A DNA stretch of 64,000 nucleotides from Bispira polyomma. Its lineage: Eukaryota. The notes beneath the pieces were generated by a model. The model saw nothing but the letters and a program-made list of their open reading frames with translations, made no database searches and was not told the origin of the DNA. Both the position numbers and the translations under genes were made by a program. The DNA lies in contig OZ287758.1 in the NCBI GenBank assembly GCA_965649765.1, forward strand, positions 20,894,001-20,958,000, written 5' to 3'. Below, one piece after another: positions 53,472 to 64,000 of this stretch; the first letter of the stretch is position 1; the number at the start of each line of letters is the position of its first letter.

Positions 53472-53740
53472 CTAATAGTAGACAATAGTGCTATACATAG
53501 TGAAGATAAGATGAATAGGAACAATTCTAGAATATACTGGACAGGGCATGGATAGGCAACTAATAGTATACAGCAGTTTATTAAAAATGGTGGAGACAAC
53601 ATAAATTAGAACACCTCTGGAATCCACTGAATATAGCAAGGGCAGGTACTTTAACGTATACAAGGGTGCTATACATAGAGGAGACAACATCAATTGGAAC
53701 AATTCTAGAATTCACAGGATAGGACCAGAATAGGCACAAT
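53458..53740 (-). repeat. Acceptor-junction tandem array, ~88-90 nt x 3+, diverged
   Basis: gca.ggataggca.ctaatagta.aca...gtgctatacatag.g.agacaacat.aattggaacaattctagaat at about 53458, 53546 and 53636, partial at about 53726. Confidence 0.8.
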
Positions 53741-54402
53741 GTACACAGTATGGCATGGATATTAATGCATGTAGTTGATATAACATGAATTTGACTAATA
53801 GTGTAACACTGTACAACATATCTGAAGAAATCTCACATAGGCTAGTGTGTATGTATATTGTCAAGTCAGATAAGATCTCAATAGGGGTGATAACAGATTA
53901 TAACTCTGCCTATTTCCATTTAACAAACTTAACAAAAAATGTAAATCAGAACGATTCTTTAGATAAATATTACTAACGTTAAAACTTAAGGATAACAGTA
54001 AACCATAATGATGTGATAATAAATATTGGGAGCCAACCGGACCCCAATAAGGGTCAAGTCATCATCCAAGTAAAGTCTGTCTTTACAAACATAGAACCAA
54101 TCTAACAAAGTTATCACCACATCCTTACAAACTATTTGCAGCAAGAAAATAAATAAACCTGTTATTTGTATCATTTAAAGGAGGAAAATACACAAGACAA
54201 CATTTTTTGATTTGGTAAAACGTAAAACACTTTCTCTGATATACCGTTTTTCCATATGATTCTTTCACTGCATACATAATGCACCATGACATTTATCCAG
54301 AAATTGAATTATCCTGAGATTAAGCTTACAGTAAAAATCAGCTGCTTTGGAGATCTGACTTAGGTATGTAGATAGATGAGGAATGCTATGAGAGACGTGT
54401 AC

Positions 54403-54534
54403 CTGTAGTGTAGTTCTGAGAGCAGTCTGTTTTACTGTGGTTCACCAATCTGAACTGTGGCAGTTCTAGGGTAGGGGCCTGTTCTACAGGGGACTCCAGC
54501 CACTTGTACACCACATCATCCATAGTGTAGCCAA
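54403..54534 (-). CDS. Channel exon: loops B/F and first loop C cysteine
   Basis: tttag|TT...G|gtacac; (F)GYTMDDVVYKWLESPVEQAPTLELPQFRLVNHSKTDCSQNYTT(G), 132 nt. Confidence 0.95.
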
Positions 54535-54564
54535 CTAAAGAGGGAACAAGAGTAGATTACATTA

Positions 54565-54800
54565 GGTTTGGCTTAATGTGACTGTCAGCAATATGTGTCA
54601 TGTCAGAAGGGGCAGTACACTGGTGAAGGAAATGAGAACAGGGTAGTTGGTCAAGGTTTCCATCTCTCCAAACCACTAGTCTTCAGAAAATCTATTACCA
54701 ACTTTCCCACATACATATGCCAGGGCCGTTATCCAAACCCATGATATGAGGTTGGAGGCGAATGTTACACCATATTATTATATTACACCACTGATGCTCT
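54565..54800 (-). mobile_element. tRNA-derived SINE copy (diverged)
   Basis: Shares acagggtagttggtcaagg..ccaactttcccacat body with the 14785-15010 and 46005-46340 copies. Confidence 0.5.
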
Positions 54801-55469
54801 CTATAGGGAAATGAAGTGAACATTCACATAATCAGTATTTGTATTGAATGTTTTATCGATGTATGGTTTCTCATGACCAAAAGGTTAAGGAGTTAGTTTG
54901 GTAATCAAAAGATTATCCGTTCTACTATCCATACTGCCATAAGCCATTGGCTACTGATGACGACCAATGATATGTTGTAGGATTATCCCTGCTTGGAGAA
55001 CAAATGCATAATACTATGGTACCCTCAATTTTTAGCTATATAAATACTTCAAAATAGTACCTATGTCTGGTATTCAAAGAGATAGTGAACCTTCTATTAA
55101 CTGCTCAAGTGTATCCAACAAATACCAATAACTGTAGCTCTCCTCAATAAAGCCTGATGCTAAAGATGAAGTCAATTTATTAACACCCCTAAAGTTATTT
55201 AGTCTGCTACTCGAGACAGGACCCAAAGACACCAGACCCCTATTTTCTGGAGCCATCTGAACCCAAATTATCATTGTTTCTAGGCCAAGGTGGCAAGTAA
55301 AGTAGCACCTGTTAACAGATCGATAATTGTGGGGGAAATACATTATACAAAGTAATAATACACCCTTTTACTGAATTGGACGTTTCAGTACTGTTATATG
55401 TACTGTTAAATGATACAGCATTGGGAATAAGTCGTAAATAAGGCCACACCAGTGTCAAAATCTACTTAC

Positions 55470-55552
55470 AGCTCTCAAACATCATAGGACACTCTTGAGT
55501 ATCCAGGGGGTATTTGTGGAGTTTCATGGGACAGCCAAGAACTGCTGTTATT
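55470..55552 (-). CDS. Channel Cys-loop exon
   Basis: tttcag|A...T|gtaagt, 83 nt; (K)ITAVLGCPMKLHKYPLDTQECPMMFES with the C-x13-C signature. Confidence 0.97.
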
Positions 55553-58500
55553 CTGAAAAAACACCGAGATACAATATTTTACACAGTTATTACATTATCA
55601 TATTACTTGTTGGCATCTCAGATAGATCAACTGTATGCAACAGAAATCATCAAGCCATGCTCGTAAGAAGTATAAGTATGTGATATTCGGAGACTTGATT
55701 TGTTAGCTTGATTTAGTGACGTTTTGTATTTGCTAACTGTGGAAAGAAAACGTTGAGCCCAGGCAGTAAAAAATAAAACACAATAAAAATAAAGCACTTT
55801 ATGGGCACTTTTAGTTATTTTTGTTGGTGATAAATTATGGATTGAATAATAATCCCCACATGTGGTATACAAGCAACAGTGGAGTTAAAAGTACTGCTTT
55901 GACAAAGGTTGTCTATAAAAATAAATAACATCTTCCTCCTGAACAAAGCTATTTAGCATAAAATGGTAGTTAGACATTCTCGTGCCAAAGAAGGACCACA
56001 ACAAAAAAATAAATCCTAAAAGCCTCTAACGAATCCTACTTTTAGCAGGAACCTCCCTATTTTTACTGCAGTCTACTGGCGATAAACAGCATGTTTTTGT
56101 CCCATGGAAGCTGTGTCTTTTAGTCCAGGGGGAACACATTAAACTAACATGTGCACTATCTTTATCGGTAAAAGATAGGCCTGCTGAACGAAAACGCTAT
56201 CATTTCTCTCAATCAGGCTTCACTAAATTGTTTTGACAAAGATGTAGAAGGGTCAATCTGATTGGCTGAGGTATTTGGGCAAGGCATTTCTGGTGGAGTA
56301 TATTTTGGTGTCTAGTTGTTTTTGTCTGGAGTTTCCCCCCTCACGTTTAGATAAACTAAAGAAGACATAACTCTTCCACCAACATTCTTCTGCATTGTAT
56401 ACCAAGGATAAATGTGAAATACATAGAGTTTGTGATGACTTTCTTTCTGTCAATTATAAACGAAAAATGTTTATTCTTCGGAAACATCTGGTGAAACTGA
56501 TGTCATAGTGCACTCCTCAGTGATATCATAATGTAAACAATTTAGTTTGGTCTATTTTTATGGTCACAACTTGTCCACAGATCAAATTATTGGGCCTAAT
56601 TCTGTCTTCTCTGCTCTTTGCTGCAGCTCTAATTATTCGTTGGAAAATTCTGCAATGCTTTTGGTATTATATTTACTGATGCATGATAAACTTCATTAAG
56701 ATGTCCATATCAATTATATACAAATTAAACATCAATCTCTTCGGTAAATAATGCAGTAAGCCTTACTCAATTTTATTTTGTACTACATCTCAGTTGACAA
56801 ACAGTCATACACAGGTTTGTGTTGTTGTATTAACACACTGGGAAATAATATGAAGACCATATAAAAAAATCCAAATACAAGAGAATCAAATTGTCTTTAT
56901 AGAAGACGTTCTTTGCAGCAGTAAAATTTCAAACAGGCTTAATTTCAATATTTTATACTTGAACATATTTATATATTTAATGTAACTAACTTATCGTGTA
57001 TAGTTCACCTGTGTCTTTTTACTATAGTGTGATAATAAAGCTAAGAGCCTTTTAGAAATGTAAGTAGATGTTCTCATTAGAGTTATGATTAGCCAAGCTA
57101 ATCCCCAAAAATTCTCAGTTTCACACAGTCTGAAAAGGAAGACCCTGGATGTCACTTTATCATTCCCCTTTACGTCATGTCTCACAGTCAAGAAAACCTC
57201 TATTACAGTAACTTACAGAAATAATGCCATGTTAGAATTCATCCTGTTCAGATTGGTAAAAGAAAATTTGAATAAAATCTTTAGCAATGCATATATGTTT
57301 TTGATTTGTTTTGTTAAAAAACAACCAGATGTTGTGTAGCCTTGGCTGTTTATGTTTCAGAGTTTTAATAGACTGAAATTAGTCAATGATGAATACATCA
57401 GGGGACACTTGGGCTTTGGAAATAATTTAATTGATTCAAATCTTGCAATAGTGGAAAAAACATGCTTTTAGTTGGTAACAAAAGATGAAGTTGGAAATGA
57501 TGTGGGATGATGTTAAGAGCATGTCACTTGATTACAATACGAGTGACAGTTTAATATTTTATATCATCCAGCAGCCATGTTTGGACACAATAACTAACTT
57601 ACTTCAGATTCTACTTGTGTCTGGGATGCAGTTGGCACTGAATTAATATCCATTTGATTGATGTGAGTCTAGATTATCTCTATGGTATTTGGATATAAGC
57701 GATATGATTTTGAAATGAGTAAAATTAAGGTTTGCTATTTCCAGCATCTTGTCATGAGACACAGTTACAAAACTGTGTGGGGTAAACGCCAAGTTAATGA
57801 CTACAATTCACCAAACTAAGTACAAATGTCAGAAGTCAAGGTTTGAGCTAACAGTGACACGCTGGTACAAACTTATGATGGTGTCTCTCTTGGTAATCTA
57901 ATTTCAAAACTTTCATAGTTTGATATCAATCCCATAATGTTATCATGCTACATGTATAATCAGGGGAAACAGCTAACCTTGCTTAATTACCATTCATTGT
58001 TGTTGCAGATGGGTAACCATATCTCTAAAGGTAGACAATATCGGACTGTTTGTGACAATGATGATACATCAAAAACATTTAAAGTGTAAGACATCCGATA
58101 TTCACTAAAATAATTCAATTAAGACACTTGAAATTTTGTAATTTTGATGTGGCCTTTTTTAACTGTGAGTTGTATTGGATAGATTACCTATTTTAATTAA
58201 GGGACCCATTGTTTTCATAAGATACTTTGAAACTAGTTTACATATTTCACAAGCCCAGTAAAGACCCTGGAATGTTAATACAATATGTGGGTGGACTGCT
58301 ATACTCTATCTTGCAGGTCGAATAGGAATTAATATCTCCAGGGGTGCATATTGGGGTGTCCCCAAAAATGTGGGTGTGGTTTAGTGCAAACAAATGTCAC
58401 CAGCCAAAATGATAGATAGGTTAGAGGATCCCTGGATTTAAATGCTATAAATAACTTACAGTTGCCAGACTAAAGAGAATCCCTTTGTATTGAACATACT

Positions 58501-59794
58501 TTAGATATACTACCAAGTTTATATTCAGCAATACTAAAATACTGACAGAACGATCAGCAAAGCATGTTCTGTGCTTAACGTTGTAATTGCTAATACATGT
58601 ATGTTAAAACATTCCTGAAAAAATCCTGTAACACACTTTGTTTGGTCTAAAAAAGCTTTGTCAGACTGCAAACTCCCTAAAACCGTCAAAAATACCTAAT
58701 TAATCTACCAGCACATACCAGGTGTAAGATCCCGAACACAACTAAACATTTTACATGATCTGGTATGTTGTGGCTTATTACACAAAATGCATCCAGGTTA
58801 CATTGAGGAAACTATGGATGAAAAGCAAGATATTATCCTAAAAAGCATGGATAAACTGACATAAGAAATCATATATATACAATCAAAATATAATTGTCTG
58901 TTTTGCGTCACATATCTTATTACCATCTAACCATATTCATCACACACTTAAAAATCTAAAAAATTTGTTTGAGATATAATTTGGAGAGGGGTGACACATT
59001 AAAGTATTAGTAACCTTAATCTCAATTGTGCTCATACAGGATGGATATTTTTTGGTGTGTGTGGCCTGATACCAAACAGGCCCCAAACATGTAATTCAAT
59101 GGGTTGGGTTTGTTTTAATCTGCATCATTCACCAAAATGTCTTTGTTATTTGTCACTGGATTTTGTAGTGCCCCCATGTAATACGGTAAGATAATAAAAG
59201 TTTGAATTGGTGATATCTTTGATAATTTCGTTTAAATTATAAGATTATATAAGTTGATTATTATAAGTTGTTTAATCTATATGACATAACAAGTTTATAA
59301 TTACTAAATATCTCTTATCAAAAATAAAATAAGCAATCAGATTTTGTAGATTTTTGTTGCTGTGTACTTATGTAACCGCAAAAATATCATATGCAGTAAT
59401 TTGGCCGGAATGGGTGATTGATGCTCTTTGATTATTGTATGATATCACTAAAAGTTTTGCAGTTTCTCCTTCAAGCCATTTATTTGGCATGTATGCCACT
59501 TGTTATTGCACAGTAAATGAATGAGGTCTTGTCTTGGTTTGGGGCATTTTAAGTCATAAATCCAGCCTCTAAACCTCCATATGTCTTCATCAGGCTACAC
59601 TGTTTTATCCATTATATATAACTGTCTTGTGTCCTTTCGGATGAAGTTGTCTTAATTTTTTTCTTCTTAGAATATTGATGTTCTGGAAGAACTTATTCCA
59701 CCACTGCTTCAGGATACACAGTTAAATGTTTCCATCATGTTTCTGACTTATGCTGAACGTATACAGAATCCTGATTTATTTAGGGTCTTTGAAT

Positions 59795-60423
59795 AATTGT
59801 ATTATATTGCATCTTGCATTTTTAACATGCTTTATTGATGTTAACTAATCGAGAAGTTAAAAAAAACCTAGCCTGGTCATAAGAATGGATGTGGGGTGTA
59901 CAGGGAGCATAAGCAAGTTTGCATAGATAAATTGAGGTTTCCTCATAGTGTTTCTGGTGATCTAAGCTCAACTGTGAGACAATTCGATAACATGGGAGTA
60001 AAAAGCTCTAGATCCAGTACTCTTGGTGGGTTTAACAGAGGAAACAGAGAGTAACTTTCTTATCTTTATGTTACTGAAGGAAAGACGAGCAGCAAGGTAG
60101 GAGGGTTTTGAATGTTGTGAAAAGGATTTTAAACATAATTCGATAATGCATGTAAAGTCAATGAAATTTAATGAGGTGTTGGGATACATCAGTTTGGATG
60201 ACCAGACAAAAAATGATGCTACATCGATAGTTTTGAATGCACTCTATATTATAAATGTAAAACTTTTTTAAAATTGCAGTTGTCAAGGTGTCTACTTGAA
60301 AGGGGATTGTCCACGGAAATAGCAATATCCAGTGACAAGTGATTTATGATAATTTAAGATAAATGTGATAGTAACTGGAGCAACATATGTTGTTGACGTA
60401 CCTGTCAAATGAGAAAACAGGGT
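59795..60423 (-). mobile_element. Old 5'-truncated L2 copy related to 38265-39585
   Basis: Degenerate FSFDRYVNNIC.SSYYHI..NHLSLDIAI, PSYLAARLSFSN..LSVSSVKP..GSRAF and the 3' end catcaataaagcatgttaaaaat. Confidence 0.75.
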
Positions 60424-61007
60424 CATACCACACTGTACTATTACTGTACGAGTATTTACTTAGACTGTTAGACACATACCACACTGCACTATTACTTTAT
60501 GAGTACTTACTTAGACGCATACCACACTGTACTATTACTCTATGAGTACTTACTTAGACACATACCACACTGTACTCTTACTGTATGGTTACTTACTTAG
60601 ACACATACCACACTGTACTATTACTCTATGAGTACTTAGACACACATTGTACCACTACTGTATGGGTACTTACTTAGACGCATACCGCACTGTACTGTTA
60701 CTGTATGAGTACTTACTTAGACACACACTGTACCACTACTGTATGGGTACTTACTTAGACACATACCACACTGTACTATTACTCTATGAGTACTTACTTA
60801 GACACACACTGTACCACTACTGTACCATTACGGTGTGGGTACTTACTTAGACACATACCACACTGTACTATTACTGTATGGGTACTTACTTAGAGACATC
60901 CCACACTGTACTATTACTGTATGAGTACTTACTTAGACAAATACCACTATTATACTGTTACTGTATGAATACTTACTTGGCCACATACCACACTGTACCA
61001 TTACTGT
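60424..61007 (-). repeat. Donor-junction tandem array, 43/38-nt units x ~13
   Basis: acacataccacactgtactattactgtatgagtacttacttag is a copy of AGT AAT GGT ACA GTG TGG TAT GTG GCC AA|gtaagtattcatac. Confidence 0.97.
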
Positions 61008-61215
61008 GTAGGAACATCAGTCTGTTAGGTGTGGTCACAGAGTGAAATGAAGCCTGTTTCTCATTCCGGAAGAACACATCGGGAGTCCAGATTTTTTTCC
61101 AGGCCCCATCCGCTAATTTGATCTTGGTGAAATTGGTGCCGTTGATGCTGAAGGGTTTAAACTTGAGTCGATGGTCCGTCCATCTCTGTCTGAGGTACAT
61201 ATTCAGTGAGTAGTC
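60977..61215 (-). CDS. Channel exon: loops D, A and E
   Basis: tatag|GAC...AA|gtaagt, 239 nt; DYSLNMYLRQRWTDHRL...IWTPDVFFRNEKQASFHSVTTPNRLMFLHSNGTVWYVA(K). Confidence 0.97.
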
Positions 61216-61332
61216 CTATAAGAAGAGTTAGTGCACACTGTATTTGTCTTTTCCATTGTACATATATTTTTATTCAATTCATTCTCAATATAATTATCTG
61301 TCTACCTTGAGCTACTATATATCAGCCCATAC

Positions 61333-61404
61333 CTGGAGATTGTTAATTGAGATGGATTCCAGCTGCTGTACATTCAGATCTACACGAAGGTGACAACTAG
61401 CAGT
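61333..61404 (-). CDS. Candidate beta1/loop 2 exon of the channel
   Basis: ctgtag|ACT...CAG|gtatgg, 72 nt, open and phase-0 compatible with the next exon; TASCHLRVDLNVQQLESISINNLQ only loosely fits the expected beta1 pattern. Confidence 0.45.
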
Positions 61405-64000
61405 CTACAGGGACAGACTGAACAATATTCAACACAATTACCAATAGGGGTTTCTACTTAAAACATATGATTTTGGCTAAGAACGATTTCAGCATTTTAA
61501 GATGGATGTGAATAAGTAGCAATTTGAGAATGTTAATAATGATGAAATTTGGCTAACGCTCGTTGATACAAATTAAGCTTACAGTGGGGATCAAAGTGGG
61601 AAGTGAAACATCATTTGTAAACATACAGAAAATGGTAGAGGTAATTGCCATAAATTTGTCACTATCTTGTATTTTCACCTGTATTGGGATCAGGGATCAC
61701 AACAAATTAAACATTAAGCAAATGCAATGAAACTAAATTGTGTTGAACTGGCTTTCACATAATATTGATATCTGTTATTTTTTAAAACTCACTTATTTAG
61801 ACTAGTCAAGGTAAAGACCTCATCAAAAAGTAACATTGGATCATGCGACAGTTCCTATGATGTCTCTAGATGTGCTCCACTAATGGAAAACTAAATTGAG
61901 TTGAGAAAATGATCACTTTAATCTCTTACTACTGAAAGATACAGATTTTCTTGTCTCTTTTTTTGCTCTTATCACTAAGACAATGTTTTGTATTAAAAAT
62001 GGATTGTAATAGAATGTATTTAAAGCCCAGGGATTTAGAATTTTTATTAATTAAAAAAGGGAAACAGAAATACAGCAGAAAAGTCACCAATACTCCAATG
62101 GGACTGGTTGTCCTCTATATTTAGACACTGGGAGGGTAAGTGAAGTCAAACAGGGACTTAATGTGTGATGTGATGTTTAGCAGTCAATGAACCTGGGTAG
62201 GGCCTGTGTGCTGTGTTAATGGTCACATCTCTCCTAGGACTGCCACTGACCTCCAAATAGGCCCTACTCTCCTCGGAGGGATATCAAGCTGACAACTGGC
62301 GGCTTTACAATTCCACCTTTTTTGTCTACTTTGGAAAAGAAGTAAGTAGGGGGAAATACTTATAAAATATTTAGTGTGACTTTCTTTGTTTTTGTATTTG
62401 TTTATTTCGTGGGGTCATTTTGTGGGAACTAGGTAGGCTTGTTTTAGAGAGATGTAAATGCTATTTGTTTATTTTGAGTCTCTTCTCAAGGTGTAAATAC
62501 ATATATTCTTTGAATATTTTTATCAAATGAAAGGAGATGTGTGTGTATCAGAAGGCACAATGAGATAATTTTCATTTACACAAAAATATTATTTATCTCT
62601 CAAATTGGGTAATTCTCTCTTTTTTTTCTTTTTACACAGATATGCTCTCAAAATAGTAAATTCCATTACCTTAACAAAAAAAAATTAATTATGCTTTCTC
62701 AAGAAAGAAAATAATTATTCATTTTACAGCATTACCAATAGGCAAATGATTTGTAAATGACAATATCCTGTAACACATTTCTAATAGATTAGTTTATGGG
62801 GGGTACTAAAACTCAGTAAGAGCCCCATCCACAGTCTGATAACTAACAGACATAGTTTGACCAATACCTTGCACTGGGGTCATCAAGGGACACTGTTTAT
62901 GCAGCTGTTCAAACAGAAAATGCCATTGGGGGAAATATTAGCCTGGCTCTGACTCAACGTCAATTCTTTAAATTTAATGTTGCCATAATTTATTTTTATA
63001 TAGATGCATGTAAAATATTACTTTGATATATTACAATCCAAGGGGCACGTTCTGTGGAAGGCAGAGTACTACAACATAACCTGTGCCATCATCCGTAGGC
63101 AATGACATGTTCATATCTTGGCTAAGTATGTAAATCAACTAAAGAATGTAGAATCATCAGATTCAATCAAACCGAGGACCTTGCCCGAACCAATCCAACT
63201 ATCCCAACCAGGAGTTTAACCTCCTGATCACCAGACCCACTTCGCAACCACTAGTCCGTGGGATTCCACCAATAAAATCCGCAAAAGACACGATATTAAA
63301 AAAACAACACATTTTTCAATAAAAATACCTTTGTGACTTAAAACATAGAGACTAAAACAATCTAATCCGACTCAGCGAGACAAATAAGAGATCATCAGCA
63401 TATAAAGCAATATTGGCTTCCATCAACCTTTTATGTCCATTTAGTCTAATAAAAAACAGGCAAATTGATTGTAGGTTCTCATTTGTTGAGGTCATTGTAC
63501 CCATATTGCATATTTACCTAGTTTGTATAAACTAATAAAGGAGAGTAAGAACGTCTGTGGATAAACATTTAGTGTTTCCTTACAAATTGGGAGTTTCTAT
63601 AAAAGGTCCACTGATGTATGATAAATTCTATCAATCTACACGAAGAAAAGTCCTGTAATAATCTCTATCTGTAACTGGTCAACTGCTAAATCATTCTAAT
63701 TGAGCTTGGATTCAGCATTTGAGATATGGACGTTTGCACAGTATTGTGTGACAGGATTACTGTTACAATTAGGAATTGTATTGCCTTAGGATTTGAAGAA
63801 AGACATATTGAAGAACTAATGTCCAATTAGGCTATCTCTTAAAGGCCGTCAGTGTGGGATATTCCTGAACCAATTAACATTGATGTATGACTTCTGAATT
63901 ACCTCCTTTATGAAAACCAATTGATTGTTGCAAAGCATAAACTGTAAACAGAATACATGAAAAAATACTTACATTTTAAAAGTTTGCTACATCATACAGT

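Larger units (their letters stand above)
45777..61404 (-). other. Cys-loop ligand-gated chloride channel gene (GlyR-like, probable lophotrochozoan GluCl), 5'-incomplete in this window
   Basis: Six GT-AG exons with matching phases (0/2, 2/1, 1/1, 1/0, 0/0, 0/stop) encode the ECD and M1-M4; one upstream candidate exon. Confidence 0.95.

Noticed and set aside
53138-53602. 154-aa ORF as a separate gene
   Set aside because: Alternative frame over the M1-M2 exon and its flanking junction repeats
60424-60980. CRISPR array or coding ORF 60647-60850
   Set aside because: No unique spacers; units derive from the adjacent exon-intron junction and the ORF is a by-product of the repeat

Overview
AT-rich, CpG-poor animal genomic DNA, probably lophotrochozoan/molluscan (inferred from the channel signature and repeat types). 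The right third (45777-61404, minus strand) holds the 3' part of a spliced Cys-loop anion channel gene. Six exons join in phase from the beta2 strand to the stop codon, and a seventh exon is a candidate; the 5' exons lie beyond the window. A loop A arginine, a loop C disulfide and the PAR motif suggest a lophotrochozoan-type glutamate-gated chloride channel. Four of its exon-intron junctions are amplified into tandem arrays that each repeat the splice site plus flanking exon sequence, and L2 LINE fragments abut two of these arrays. The centre (32986-40593, minus) is a full-length but decayed Ngaro-like tyrosine-recombinase retrotransposon with A1-B1A2-B2 split direct repeats. Its ATG-less recombinase ORF appears to be spliced in frame onto the Gag N-terminus, and a younger L2 LINE interrupts gag. 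In the first 33 kb I recognise no coding exon, only SINE, MITE and L2 relics and short tandem repeats. All coordinates were counted by hand; the edges of degenerate repeats are approximate.
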